Of a DNA stretch of 64,000 nt, positions 44,422-60,608 are shown piece after piece. The position numbers and the translations under genes are program-made. The notes beneath the pieces are model-generated. The model searched no databases. It was not told the DNA's origin and worked only from the letters and a program-made list of their open reading frames with translations. The DNA comes from Escherichia phage JN01. The DNA lies in the sequence record MN882542, one strand, 5' to 3'. Numbering within the stretch: position 1 is the stretch's first letter; every line of letters starts with the position of its first letter.

Positions 44422-44921
44422 TGGCTGAAGTTATCTCTATTTCAAATGCTACACGAGTGCATTCGTATAGAGGTGTCCTTGTCATTACTGATAAGTTATC
44501 TGTAGAGGCTGGCTCAAGGGTCAGCCTTTCAGGTTATGTTAGTGATGGTGGAATCTCTGACGTTTTCACTATTTGTAGGTTACTTGATGCACCAATGAGT
44601 GGAAAATCGTTTATTTCAGGAAATTGTAGTGAAATTGTTAAAATTCCATTTGACAGTTCATGCCTTTTGGGTGTAAAGTTATATAACTGCGAGAATAAAC
44701 GTGTCAATGTTAATAGCATTGAAGCCGCTTTCATTACCCTTGACACTGCATTTCAATCTCCAATGACAGTTAACAAAGAAACAAATAGACTTGAATACAT
44801 TTTTTCACAAAATGATTACAAAGTACTTGTCAAAGGTAAAGTATATGATATGATTGTAAATGTGGTAGATGAATCTGGTAACCATTCAACAGTCCTTAAA
44901 CAAAAAGTAAGGTTTAATTAA
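44421..44921 (+). CDS. hypothetical protein (head module)
   Basis: 166 aa ORF, ATGA overlap with portal. Confidence 0.5.
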   Translation: MAEVISISNATRVHSYRGVLVITDKLSVEAGSRVSLSGYVSDGGISDVFTICRLLDAPMSGKSFISGNCSEIVKIPFDSSCLLGVKLYNCENKRVNVNSIEAAFITLDTAFQSPMTVNKETNRLEYIFSQNDYKVLVKGKVYDMIVNVVDESGNHSTVLKQKVRFN

Positions 44922-45253
44922 TGGGAACATTAACTATTGATGGTAAGAATAAAATCCTCGCCACGCTAACCCCAACGACTATTATTTTACACAATGTAGA
45001 CCCAACGGCAGACCCTACAGCAAATAAGGTTACTCAGCCAGTGGCTATTTATTTTTCTGAACCGGATAATGGCTTAATTGCCTCAGAAGACACAGTTAAT
45101 ATTACTGTCCCAGCTTCTGCAACGGTCTCACACTATAGCTTGTGGGATGCTAACGATAAATGCGTGGCAACTGGTGCTCTTAGCAAACCTCAATTCTTTG
45201 CTGAAGAAGGTATCTATGTTATCTCTTCAGTCTCTGTAGATTTAAACAAATAG
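44921..45253 (+). CDS. hypothetical protein (head module)
   Basis: 110 aa ORF. Confidence 0.5.
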   Translation: MGTLTIDGKNKILATLTPTTIILHNVDPTADPTANKVTQPVAIYFSEPDNGLIASEDTVNITVPASATVSHYSLWDANDKCVATGALSKPQFFAEEGIYVISSVSVDLNK

Positions 45254-45264
45254 GGTGAGTAAAA

Positions 45265-46611
45265 ATGAGTTCGAATATCTTCAGACTTGCTGATAGATTA
45301 TTCAACCAACCTTTACTAGCCACTGAATCATTAGCTCACTCAGCAGCAACTTATGTGAATAACAGATTGCTGGGTGATGTCCAAGCAGCAGTAAACTTTG
45401 ATAAACCCAAAGGTGAAGCAAGAAGTCTTTTAAAAGTAAAAGATGACATTGCTATTATTCCTATTATGGGTGGTTTAACTCATCGTATGACATTCATTGA
45501 TGCAATGTGTACAGGTGGTTTAAGCTCTTATGAAGGTTTACGTAGAGGCTTTGACGAAGCTTTAGCAGATGAGTCAATCAAGACTATTGTTCTGCATATT
45601 GATTCTGGTGGTGGTGAAGCTTCAGGTTGCTTTGAATTAGCACGTCACATTATGGCTTCAAGAGGCCAAAAGAAAATTATTGCTTATGTAGATGAGTTCG
45701 CTTGTTCCGCTGCATATGCTCTTGCATCTTCTGCTGAAGAAATTATTGCATCACCAGACGCAGATGTTGGTTCTATTGGTGTAATCATGGTTCATCAGGA
45801 ATTGACTAAGGCATTTGAAAAGAATGGCGTAACAATTAACGTCATTAAAGCTGGTGAGTTTAAAGGTATGGGTTCACCATTCCAAGCACTTTCAGAAGAA
45901 AGCAAAGAAAGACTTCAAAAGAGAATTAATGATACCTACGCAACCTTTACAGGTTTTGTAGCTGAATCACGTAATCTCTCTGAAGAAGCTGTAAAGAATA
46001 CTGAGGCGAATGTTTATTCTGCTCAGGAAGCTCTTGAACTTGGTTTAATTAACTCAATCATGTCTCAAGATGATTTCTTAAATTACTTACAAGGTTCTGA
46101 AGAGGCTCCTGTAAGTTTAAACGTTAACAATTCAGGTGAAGAAATGACTGAACAAGAAAAGCAAGAACTAGAAGCTTTGCGTCTTCAGGTTGCTCAAATG
46201 AAAGCTAAAGAACAGGAAGCTGCTTTGTCAGATTTGACTAATAAGATTTCTGCTTCTGCTGAAGCTTTTGGATTTGATGCAAAAGAAGCTGCAACGACTA
46301 TTTTAGGTGCTGGTCTTGATAACCCTCTGAGTGTTCTGTTTATGAATGCTATGGAAGGTGCTAACCAGAAACTTAATGAAACTATCGCATCCCATGCTTC
46401 TGCAATGGAAGAAAAAGAATCAGAAATTACCAAGCTGAAAGAAACTGCTGGTGCTGTTCTTGAACATTCCAACGCTATGGAAGAAGTGGGTAATGACGGC
46501 GAAGCTGATTTGGTTGAAGAAGAAAAAGAACCAGCTAAGAATGCTTCCGAAGACACCGCTGAACAACGCAAACTGGCTCTCCAGAATGCTCTAAAATCTC
46601 TTATCAAATAA
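45265..46611 (+). CDS. prohead protease, S49 (SppA/ClpP-like) family, with C-terminal scaffold-like domain
   Basis: N-terminal S49-like fold (IDSGGGEASG, GSIGVIMVHQ); C-terminal Ala/Glu/Lys-rich helical region; position as lambda gpC. Confidence 0.65.
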   Translation: MSSNIFRLADRLFNQPLLATESLAHSAATYVNNRLLGDVQAAVNFDKPKGEARSLLKVKDDIAIIPIMGGLTHRMTFIDAMCTGGLSSYEGLRRGFDEALADESIKTIVLHIDSGGGEASGCFELARHIMASRGQKKIIAYVDEFACSAAYALASSAEEIIASPDADVGSIGVIMVHQELTKAFEKNGVTINVIKAGEFKGMGSPFQALSEESKERLQKRINDTYATFTGFVAESRNLSEEAVKNTEANVYSAQEALELGLINSIMSQDDFLNYLQGSEEAPVSLNVNNSGEEMTEQEKQELEALRLQVAQMKAKEQEAALSDLTNKISASAEAFGFDAKEAATTILGAGLDNPLSVLFMNAMEGANQKLNETIASHASAMEEKESEITKLKETAGAVLEHSNAMEEVGNDGEADLVEEEKEPAKNASEDTAEQRKLALQNALKSLIK

Positions 46612-46622
46612 GGAACACAATA

Positions 46623-47000
46623 ATGGCATATCAAGGTTTTACTAAGTTAGGTAAAAGAGAACCTCTGAATGATATCATTCTTTGGGAACAGGTTACCCCA
46701 ACAGGCCACTCTCGTAAAGAGTACACCCCACAGGCATCTACAGAATATCGTGTAGGTGAAGTTCTGAAAGCAGACGGTACTAAGGTTACAGCAGGGCAAG
46801 AAGCTCAGGCTGATTCAGTATGTATCGTTAACTTTTATGCAGACCTGCAACTGTCTTATCATGGTCAGTTGAAAGTTGTTGGTATTTACCGCGACGCAGA
46901 ACTGAAAGACATGCTTACTCTTGAAGCAAGCGTTGACGCTGCCGCAGTCAAGAAAGCTCTGGCTGCCAAAGGTATTGATTTCGTACCAACTGGCCTGTAA
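46623..47000 (+). CDS. head decoration protein (gpD-like), tentative
   Basis: 125 aa ORF between protease and major capsid gene. Confidence 0.45.
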   Translation: MAYQGFTKLGKREPLNDIILWEQVTPTGHSRKEYTPQASTEYRVGEVLKADGTKVTAGQEAQADSVCIVNFYADLQLSYHGQLKVVGIYRDAELKDMLTLEASVDAAAVKKALAAKGIDFVPTGL

Positions 47001-47033
47001 TAACAATAATAAGACATTCTGGAGAATTTTACA

Positions 47034-48140
47034 ATGTTGACTAATTCTGAAAAAAGCAGATTTTTCCTTGCTGACCTGACTGGTGAAGTCCAGTCTATCC
47101 CAAATACTTATGGGTATATTTCCAACTTAGGTCTGTTCCGTTCAGCACCAATCACCCAAACTACTTTCCTTATGGACTTGACTGATTGGGATGTTAGCTT
47201 GCTTGATGCGGTAGACCGTGATAGCCGTAAAGCAGAGACTAGCGCACCTGAGCGTGTTCGTCAAATCAGCTTCCCAATGATGTACTTCAAAGAAGTTGAA
47301 AGCATTACTCCTGATGAGATTCAGGGTGTACGTCAGCCAGGCACTGCAAACGAACTGACTACTGAAGCTGTAGTACGTGCTAAGAAGCTGATGAAGATTC
47401 GTACCAAGTTCGATATTACTCGTGAGTTCCTGTTTATGCAAGCTCTGAAGGGTAAAGTTGTTGATGCTCGTGGTACTCTGTACGCTGACCTGTACAAGCA
47501 GTTCGACGTTGAGAAGAAGACTGTTTACTTCGACCTTGCCAACCCTAATGCTGACATCGACGCTTCTATCGAAGAACTGCGTATGCACATGGAAGACGAA
47601 GCTAAGACTGGCACTGTAATCAACGGCGAAGAAATTCACGTAGTTGTTGACCGTGTATTCTTCAGCAAACTGGTTAAGCATCCTAAGATTCGTGACGCTT
47701 ATCTTGCACAGCAGACTCCGCTGGCTTGGCAACAGATTACTGGTTCTCTGAGAACTGGTGGTACTGACGGCGTTCAGGCTCATATGAACACCTTCTACTA
47801 CGGTGGTGTTAAGTTTGTCCAGTACAACGGTAAGTTCAAAGACAAGCGTGGTAAGGTTCACACTCTGGTGGGCATTGATGGTGTAGCAGCAACTGTTGGT
47901 GTTGGTCATGCTTTCCCTAACGTATCTATGCTGGGTGAAGCAAACAACATCTTCGAAGTTGCATATGGTCCATGTCCTAAGATGGGTTATGCAAATACAC
48001 TTGGTCAGGAACTGTACGTATTCGAATACGAAAAAGACCGTGACGAAGGTATTGACTTCGAAGCTCACTCTTACATGCTGCCATACTGTACTCGTCCTCA
48101 GTTGCTGGTAGATGTTCGCGCTGACGCTCAAGGTGGCTGA
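47034..48140 (+). CDS. major capsid protein (lambda gpE-like), tentative family
   Basis: 368 aa ORF after protease and decoration genes; biased codon usage. Confidence 0.6.
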   Translation: MLTNSEKSRFFLADLTGEVQSIPNTYGYISNLGLFRSAPITQTTFLMDLTDWDVSLLDAVDRDSRKAETSAPERVRQISFPMMYFKEVESITPDEIQGVRQPGTANELTTEAVVRAKKLMKIRTKFDITREFLFMQALKGKVVDARGTLYADLYKQFDVEKKTVYFDLANPNADIDASIEELRMHMEDEAKTGTVINGEEIHVVVDRVFFSKLVKHPKIRDAYLAQQTPLAWQQITGSLRTGGTDGVQAHMNTFYYGGVKFVQYNGKFKDKRGKVHTLVGIDGVAATVGVGHAFPNVSMLGEANNIFEVAYGPCPKMGYANTLGQELYVFEYEKDRDEGIDFEAHSYMLPYCTRPQLLVDVRADAQGG

Positions 48141-48160
48141 TAAACTTAGGAGGGTTATGA

Positions 48161-48610
48161 ATGTGCTATACAGGCGACCCAGCCAATAACCCTCTTGATA
48201 GAGTAAGAATCCTCTGCACAGACACCAATAATGATGAAATTCTTATTGAGCAGTCTGTGCTAGAGTGGTTCTATCTAGAATCTGGAAAGGATGAAAAGAA
48301 AGCAGCCATCAAAGCTCTTAAATATTTACTCTTTCAAGTAGCCAAGATGGGAGATGAGAAGGTTGGTGGTGTTTATTTACGTAACTCTTCCAGATTCAAA
48401 TCTCTGAAAGCTGTTTATGATGACCTTGTTAAAAGCTCTGTTTCAGGACTGCCCTATGCAGGTGGTATTAATCAGTGCGATATTGACATGCGTCGTCAAA
48501 ATCCTTGCTCTGTCAAGAAATACACAGAATATGGTGATGCTGCCAGATACGAAGGCAGAGATTACTGCAACCGTGTTAATGGCGTATTTATTATCGAGCG
48601 AGATGAATAA
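48161..48610 (+). CDS. hypothetical protein (head-tail connector region)
   Basis: 149 aa ORF. Confidence 0.5.
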   Translation: MCYTGDPANNPLDRVRILCTDTNNDEILIEQSVLEWFYLESGKDEKKAAIKALKYLLFQVAKMGDEKVGGVYLRNSSRFKSLKAVYDDLVKSSVSGLPYAGGINQCDIDMRRQNPCSVKKYTEYGDAARYEGRDYCNRVNGVFIIERDE

Positions 48611-49092
48611 TGGTTAAAAGGGTTATTCACCCCGCTAGAGCAAAATTAGTCGGGGCTATGAAGAACTTGCAAACGGCTAATGCTCAAGTTGGGTATTTTC
48701 AAGAACAAGGTCAACATAGCTCTGGTTTTTCTTATCCTGCTTTAATGTATTTACAAGAAGTTATTGGGGTTCCTTCAGCTTCTGGTAAAGTATATCGTAG
48801 GTTGTTTGAAATCACTATGATGCTAAACAGACAGACCTTGTTAGAGCAGACTAAGAAGAATCTATATAAGCAACTTAGCAGTCTCAACACAGACCCTTCA
48901 AATACCTTAGAAGCATTTGCAAAGAATGCTCAGAAGGCAATTAAAAGAGGTTTTGGTAATTCTGCTATCCTCCCTCCTAACGCACCTTCCACAGTCAAGA
49001 AAAAAGGCTTTAATGCACCTCTTGTTGAGACAGGTGACTTAAGAGATAACCTTGCTTATAAAATTTCTACTAAGAAGGGTATTAAAAAATGA
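48610..49092 (+). CDS. hypothetical protein (head-tail connector region)
   Basis: 160 aa ORF, ATGA overlap. Confidence 0.5.
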   Translation: MVKRVIHPARAKLVGAMKNLQTANAQVGYFQEQGQHSSGFSYPALMYLQEVIGVPSASGKVYRRLFEITMMLNRQTLLEQTKKNLYKQLSSLNTDPSNTLEAFAKNAQKAIKRGFGNSAILPPNAPSTVKKKGFNAPLVETGDLRDNLAYKISTKKGIKK

Positions 49093-49490
49093 GGCTCTTA
49101 AACAGACACAGCTTTGTAGTAAAGCGTAAAGTCTCTGAAGACGGTTATTATAATGATGATGGTGATTGGGTAGCTTCACAAGATATTGTAGAGGTTAACT
49201 GTAAAGGTAATATCCAGCCGTATATCAAAGGTTCTGTAAAGAATGGTACACAGATTGCTTTACCGGAAGGTATTAGGCTTACCGATACAAGAATCCTGTA
49301 TACCACATATAAACTTAGAACTTCAGATGATGTAGAGTGGAATGAGTCTGATATTGTTATGATTGATGGTCATGAGTATGAAGTATTTATGACTATGGAT
49401 TGGTCACAGCAATTAGCCCATACGTCCCATTATGAATATATCATTATTAGAAGGGATAAAATGAATGCAGTTAGAAACAGCAGAACTTGA
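49089..49490 (+). CDS. hypothetical protein (head-tail connector region)
   Basis: 133 aa ORF. Confidence 0.5.
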   Translation: MRLLNRHSFVVKRKVSEDGYYNDDGDWVASQDIVEVNCKGNIQPYIKGSVKNGTQIALPEGIRLTDTRILYTTYKLRTSDDVEWNESDIVMIDGHEYEVFMTMDWSQQLAHTSHYEYIIIRRDKMNAVRNSRT

Positions 49491-50064
49491 AAAAGGTCTA
49501 GTTAGAACCTTAGTGGATGTTATTGGTCACAGACTAGCTCGTGATAAAAATAATAGACCAAATGTAATTAGAGCTTACCCTTCTGATAACTCAAATGACA
49601 AAGGTTTAAAACCTGACCAGCCATTTATTACCGTATATTGTCAAGATGCTGCAACACCTTATGGTTGGGTTCTTGATAAGTTTGTTGAGGATGATGTAGT
49701 TTGCTACAGAATTGCTTTTCAGATTCCAGTATTAATTACGGTAAATGGTAAAGGTGCTCACAGTATTATGCTTGAGCTTAAACAACGATTAGAGATGAGT
49801 TCAGTCAGAGATTTAATTCTTGAAGAGACAGGAGCTACAGTTCTAGATACTGGAGCTATCCCAAATGACTACACTTATCTTAATACAGATTTCGAAAATT
49901 CTGCACCTCTTGTTGTAACTCTTGTAAAAAATTCAGTCCTGAAAGATGAACGTGGAGGTATTATTGAACGTGTCATTGTTGATGGTGAATTGGTTTACGA
50001 AGAAGGACAAGAGCCACCAGAATATACTATCCATCTAGATGTAGACTCCAAAGGGGTAAAATAA
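49465..50064 (+). CDS. hypothetical protein (tail completion region)
   Basis: 199 aa ORF. Confidence 0.5.
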   Translation: MQLETAELEKGLVRTLVDVIGHRLARDKNNRPNVIRAYPSDNSNDKGLKPDQPFITVYCQDAATPYGWVLDKFVEDDVVCYRIAFQIPVLITVNGKGAHSIMLELKQRLEMSSVRDLILEETGATVLDTGAIPNDYTYLNTDFENSAPLVVTLVKNSVLKDERGGIIERVIVDGELVYEEGQEPPEYTIHLDVDSKGVK

Positions 50065-51417
50065 ATGTGGAATCCAATTGTTAATGTAGATATTACATTG
50101 AACACCGCAGGAACTACAAGAGAAGGTTTTGGGCTACCACTATTTTTAGCTTCAACAGATAACTTTGAAGAAAGAGTCCGTGGTTACACTTCCTTAACTG
50201 AAGTTGCTGAAGATTTCGATGAAAACTCTGCTGCATATAAGGCTGCTAAACAACTTTGGAGTCAGACTCCTAAAGTAACCCAGCTTTATATTGGTAGACG
50301 TGCTATGCAGTACACTGTATCAATTCCTGACTCTGTTACTGAAAGTACCGATTATTCTTTAACTGTAGCTGTTAGAGGTGGAGTTTCTCAACCATTCCAG
50401 TACACTTCACAGTCAGAAGATACTGCTGAGAAGGTGTTACAGCAGCTTAAAACACAGATTGAAGCAGAACCTTCTGTAAAAGACCTTGTTACTGTCAATG
50501 TAACTGGTGCTGGCGGTTCAGCAACAATGGTAATCACCAAAGCTGGCGATAATGACTTCGTGAAGGTTACTACTACAGCACAAACAGTGTCAATTGCAAG
50601 CACAACTGCTGACACAGCATCGACTGCTCTGGCAGCTATTGAAGCTTATTCAACTGACTGGTATTTCATTGCAGCAGAAGACAGAACTCAACAGTTTGTC
50701 TTAGCAATGGCTTCTGAGATTCAAGCTCGTAAGAAGATTTTCTTTACAGCTAACTCTGATGTAGCAGCACTGCAAGGTACAGAATTAGCCAGTGCAAATG
50801 ACGTTCCAGCACAACTTGCTAAGAATAAGTACACTCGTACAGTTTGCTTGTGGCATCACACAGCAGCAGAAGATTATCCAGAAATGGCATACATTGCTTA
50901 TGGTGCTCCATATGATGCAGGTTCAATTGCTTGGGGTAACGCACAGTTAACTGGTGTAGCTGCTTCTCTACAGCCATCTAATCAGAGACCTCTGACAAGT
51001 ATTCAGAAGTCAGCTTTAGATGCACGTCACTGTAACTTTATTGACCTTGATGGTGGTGTTCCAGTGGTTCGTAGAGGGATTACTTCTGGTGGGGAATGGA
51101 TTGATATCATCCGTGGTGTTGACTGGTTAGAATCAGACCTGAAAACTTCTCTGAGAGACTTGCTAATTAACCAGAAGGGTGGTAAGATTACTTATGATGA
51201 TACTGGTATTACCCGTATTCGTCAAGTCATTGAAACCTCTCTGCAAAGAGCAGTCAACAGAAACTTCCTGTCATCTTACACAGTTAATGTTCCTAAAGCC
51301 TCTCAAGTTGCTTTAGCAGACAAGAAAGCTCGTATCCTGAAAGATGTTACCTTCGCAGGTATCTTAGCAGGGGCTATCTTGGATGTTGACTTGAAAGGTA
51401 CAGTGGCTTACGAATAA
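50065..51417 (+). CDS. tail sheath protein (contractile tail), by size and synteny
   Basis: 450 aa ORF followed by a 148 aa tube-sized ORF, chaperone pair and tape measure. Confidence 0.5.
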   Translation: MWNPIVNVDITLNTAGTTREGFGLPLFLASTDNFEERVRGYTSLTEVAEDFDENSAAYKAAKQLWSQTPKVTQLYIGRRAMQYTVSIPDSVTESTDYSLTVAVRGGVSQPFQYTSQSEDTAEKVLQQLKTQIEAEPSVKDLVTVNVTGAGGSATMVITKAGDNDFVKVTTTAQTVSIASTTADTASTALAAIEAYSTDWYFIAAEDRTQQFVLAMASEIQARKKIFFTANSDVAALQGTELASANDVPAQLAKNKYTRTVCLWHHTAAEDYPEMAYIAYGAPYDAGSIAWGNAQLTGVAASLQPSNQRPLTSIQKSALDARHCNFIDLDGGVPVVRRGITSGGEWIDIIRGVDWLESDLKTSLRDLLINQKGGKITYDDTGITRIRQVIETSLQRAVNRNFLSSYTVNVPKASQVALADKKARILKDVTFAGILAGAILDVDLKGTVAYE

Positions 51418-51432
51418 TAGAGGTAAATTGGA

Positions 51433-51879
51433 ATGGCTATGTATCAGCAATATTCCCCTAAAGACGTTGTGTGTAGCTGGAATGGTATTGCCATTGAAGG
51501 CTTTGCCCCAGACTCATTCTTACGTCTACAGAGAACATCACCACTTGTGACACCAGTTGTAGGTGCAGGTGGTCAAGTTGCTCTGACAAGAAATGCAGAC
51601 AAGACAGGTACTATTGAGATTGAGCTAATGCAGACTTCTCTCTCTAATCAGATGCTTTCTGCAATTCAAGCTAAACAAGACAATATGGAACTTGAAGAAG
51701 ATATCTCTTCTAACTTCGTAATCTACGACCCATCAGGCTCTGTTCTGGCAACTGGTATTAATGCTTGGTTGCAGGAACTACCACAGATTGAACTTGGTCG
51801 TGACCAGAACTCTAAGACTTGGATTTTTGGTTGTGAGAAGCTAGACTACACTTCTACAATTCCAGCGTCAAGTGTTTAA
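51433..51879 (+). CDS. tail tube protein, by size and synteny
   Basis: 148 aa ORF between sheath-sized ORF and chaperones. Confidence 0.5.
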   Translation: MAMYQQYSPKDVVCSWNGIAIEGFAPDSFLRLQRTSPLVTPVVGAGGQVALTRNADKTGTIEIELMQTSLSNQMLSAIQAKQDNMELEEDISSNFVIYDPSGSVLATGINAWLQELPQIELGRDQNSKTWIFGCEKLDYTSTIPASSV

Positions 51880-51889
51880 TAAATCCTAT

Positions 51890-51925
51890 AAGGGGGAGAC
51901 TTTAAAAGGTCTTCCCCTTTTTTGT
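51890..51925 (+). terminator. intrinsic terminator after tube gene
   Basis: GGGGGAGAC-tttaaaa-GGTCTTCCCC followed by TTTTTTG. Confidence 0.6.
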
Positions 51926-51952
51926 TTCTTTTAAAAGTATTAAGGAATCACA

Positions 51953-52351
51953 ATGAAAACAGAATCTAGAGTAATTAATGGTAAGAAAGTAAATATCGTT
52001 CTGCTTGGGGCAAGAGATGGTATTAAGATGTCTATGAAGTTGGGTAAAATTGTTGTTCCAACCTTTGCACAGATGCTGTCAAGTTTGACTGATAAAGATA
52101 AGAAAGAAGCTCCGATGGTTCCGTTTAAAGAACTTGTTGAAGCTTGTTTTGACAGAATTGAAGAAATTAACCTTGAAGAAATGGCTACCCTGTTATTTCA
52201 AGGGGCAACTGTTGATGACTTCCCACTTAATATTGATACATACTTCCAAGCAAACTATGGTGAATTTATTGATTACTTAGCATTTGCGCTGGAGGCAAAC
52301 TTCGGAAGTTTTTTCGAAGCAAGCATTTTCAAAAGCCTAACTTCTCAGTAA
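51953..52351 (+). CDS. tail assembly chaperone
   Basis: 132 aa ORF immediately upstream of tape measure. Confidence 0.5.
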   Translation: MKTESRVINGKKVNIVLLGARDGIKMSMKLGKIVVPTFAQMLSSLTDKDKKEAPMVPFKELVEACFDRIEEINLEEMATLLFQGATVDDFPLNIDTYFQANYGEFIDYLAFALEANFGSFFEASIFKSLTSQ

Positions 52352-52353
52352 AC

Positions 52354-52592
52354 ATGGGTAACACTCTACAGACACCACTAACTGATGCTGCTGTAGAGGC
52401 AACCTATGAAGAAGCAGACGAGATGAAATTTGTGCTTGCTATTTATGGTATGGAAGGGTGTAAAGAAACACTTGACCAACTCTTTGCTATGACATTCTCT
52501 GATTTATTATCATTGAGACAATTTCTTGAAATTCAGAGGTCGTATAAAGAGGAAATTGCTTACAACGAACTTAGAAGAGCAGGAAAAATGTA

Positions 52593-52593
<1 letters not shown>
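52354..52593 (+). CDS. tail assembly chaperone, second ORF
   Basis: 79 aa ORF between chaperone and tape measure. Confidence 0.45.
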
Positions 52594-57977
<5,384 letters not shown>

Positions 57978-57978
<1 letters not shown>

Positions 57979-59447
57979 TGGCAGGACTAACTACAACAGG
58001 ATTACAAACTCTAAGATATCAGGAGATTTTTGATAATATCAAATCAAGACTTCTTAGAGATATTTCACCAAACCTTGACGTTTCTGAAGATAGTCAATTA
58101 GGACTCTTCCTAGCTTCAATTGCAAGGTCTTTAGCAGATACCCATGAGATTCTATCAGAAGTCTATGACGGTGGAACAATTGACAAGGCCGAAGGCTTTA
58201 ACCTTGATGATATTACAGCTTTAAATGCTGTATATAGATATGTTGCTCAGGCAACAAGAGGTCAGGTAGAGTTTACTGGAACGACTGGTGCTACCATTCC
58301 TTCAACAACAAGATTAAGAAGTACTGCCGGAAATATCTTTTATCCAGTTAACAACATTACCCTAACCCCATCATATTGTGTTGAAGCTGTCCTTGAAGTT
58401 AACTCTTTACGAACTGATGCAGATTATGTTATTATTATTGATAACGTCATTTTCTCATATAAACCAACCTCATCAGACACAATCACCACACTTCTAACAA
58501 AATTAGCAGAAGCTATTAATGGTGGTATTGTAGCAAAGGCAGAAGTCATTAATGATGGAGCATCATTGAGAGTCTATAAAGATGAGGGTGATATCATTGC
58601 CAGAACAAACCCTATGGTTGTCACTGCGACAACATTTCTGACCTTTACAAAAATTACAACTATTTCAGATGTAGTAGCTGAAGAGGTGGGTGCTACCCCT
58701 GCTTTGGCTGGTACACTTATTGAGATTGAGACAACTGTTGATGGTCTTGACAGTATTTATAACAGGTATGACTTAACAACTGGTAGAAATGAAGAAACTG
58801 ACACAGAACTGAGACAGAGATATTTAGAATCCTTAGCAGTTACTGGTGTGGGGACTTTAGATGCAATTGTAGCTGCTGTTAAAAGAGTTCAAGGTGTCTC
58901 AGATGCTTCAGGTGTTGAAAATGATACTGAAGAGACAAACTCAGAAGGTCTTCCACCAAAATCTTTTAAGATTGTCGTAGTTGGTGGTCAAAATGATAAT
59001 GTAGCTCAGGCAATCTGGGATACAAAACCTGCTGGTATTAGGGCTTATGGTTCAATTTTTGGTACAGCCTATGATTTAGGTGGTTTGGCACATAATATCT
59101 ATTTTAGCAGACCAACACCAAAATACGCATTTGTTAAGGTGTCTTACTCACTATATGATGAAGAAAGCTTGACAATCCCTGAAGAGGATATCAGAGACAG
59201 TATTGTACAAGGTATTAATGCCTACGGAAGAACTCTTAAGGTTGGTAATGACGTTATCCCTAACAGAATCTATGGATATATCTATGACGTAATTAAAGGT
59301 ATTGAGATTAATGAAGTTAAAGTAGCATTATCAAACAGTCAATCAGTTCCACCTAGTGACGGACAGTATACTACAGCAAGAATTACTGTTGACGGTGACC
59401 AATATACTGTTTGGGAAAGCAGCCAGTATACCATCACTAAGGAGTAA
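57978..59447 (+). CDS. baseplate J-like protein (by size and position)
   Basis: 489 aa ORF after gp25-like ORF, as in Mu/P2-type baseplates. Confidence 0.45.
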
Positions 59448-59449
59448 TA

Positions 59450-60304
59450 ATGTTTGAAAAGATTGATAGTGTTTATTACAAAACACTTGATGAACGAACT
59501 GTAACACAGTTTAAAGATAAGTTTATCTACACAAGCATCTTGAAAGCAATCACTGATGAGTTACAAACACTAGAGGATGTTTGCTGGCAGATGCACACAG
59601 AGAGAAATATCAGGACATCAGTAGGTCAACAACTTGATAATATTGGCTCACTGATTAAAGTTCCTAGACCTTTAGGTGCTGATGATGAAACATATAGAGC
59701 TATGCTTTATATCCAAATCTTCCTAAGACGCTCTGACACTACTCCAACATTCTTGCAAAAAGCAATTATGACACTGTATGGTGCAACTTTCTCTCAGATT
59801 TTTGAGCATATTACTCCTAAGACTGGTGGTATCGTTATCCGTATCAACACTAGGAAAAGCGTTCTAGATGCTGCATATACACTGTCAAAGATTTCTGCAA
59901 CAACTACTGGTTCTGCTGTTATCTTAAGAGATGTTACTTTAAAAGGAACTGCTTGGACACCTGTAGAGGTTGCTGATTCAGCACTTGCTATTGTTGATGA
60001 TAAAGAGAACTGGTTCGTAACTGATGCTAACAGGGGTCTTGTTACAAATAACACTGGTGGCTCTCTGGAGTCCAACCTAGTAGGGAGTCTTGCAGATGCT
60101 GGTGTTATTGATGGTTACTTTAAGGTTGACAGAACAGCAAACTCACAGAGTGATGATTACATGACTGTAGATAGGTCTAATAATAGTGGATATTTCATCG
60201 TTGGTAAAGAAGCTGTTGCAGGTGGTGCATACGGAATCATGGCTGAGGTTGCACAAATTGTCAAAGGCAGAAAAGATAAATCACAACAAGAAGGAAATTC
60301 TTAA
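59450..60304 (+). CDS. baseplate/tail protein I-like (by position)
   Basis: 284 aa ORF. Confidence 0.4.
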   Translation: MFEKIDSVYYKTLDERTVTQFKDKFIYTSILKAITDELQTLEDVCWQMHTERNIRTSVGQQLDNIGSLIKVPRPLGADDETYRAMLYIQIFLRRSDTTPTFLQKAIMTLYGATFSQIFEHITPKTGGIVIRINTRKSVLDAAYTLSKISATTTGSAVILRDVTLKGTAWTPVEVADSALAIVDDKENWFVTDANRGLVTNNTGGSLESNLVGSLADAGVIDGYFKVDRTANSQSDDYMTVDRSNNSGYFIVGKEAVAGGAYGIMAEVAQIVKGRKDKSQQEGNS

Positions 60305-60606
60305 TGGCAGTTTTAAATTGGTCTACAAATGAAGTGGATACTGATGGTAATCAGTTAAAAGTTTTACCACCACCGGAAATTCAAGAGACAGGTCTTTTAA
60401 AGGGTGAGCCTATGGGTAGACAGTGGTTCAACTATATTATCAACTACCTGCTGAATAAAGTAAACGGCACTGTTGGGGAAGTTCGCTCATATGCAACTGA
60501 GCAACCAGATTTAGTGGCTAATGGCTGGAATCTAATTAAGTCTGAGACAGGGACTGCATCAACAAGCACAAGAAACCTTTACACATATGAATATGTAGGA
60601 GCTTAA
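60304..60606 (+). CDS. hypothetical tail protein
   Basis: 100 aa ORF. Confidence 0.4.
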   Translation: MAVLNWSTNEVDTDGNQLKVLPPPEIQETGLLKGEPMGRQWFNYIINYLLNKVNGTVGEVRSYATEQPDLVANGWNLIKSETGTASTSTRNLYTYEYVGA

Positions 60607-60608
60607 TA

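Noticed and set aside
46194-46634. 146 aa minus-strand ORF inside the prohead protease gene
   Set aside because: Antisense low-complexity frame (Ala/Ser-rich) mirroring the Ala/Glu-rich scaffold region on the plus strand
47142-48131. 329 aa minus-strand ORF covering almost the whole major capsid gene
   Set aside because: Antisense to a gene with strong structural-module context; Ser/Leu/Val/Thr-rich composition typical of antisense frames; no RBS or start context
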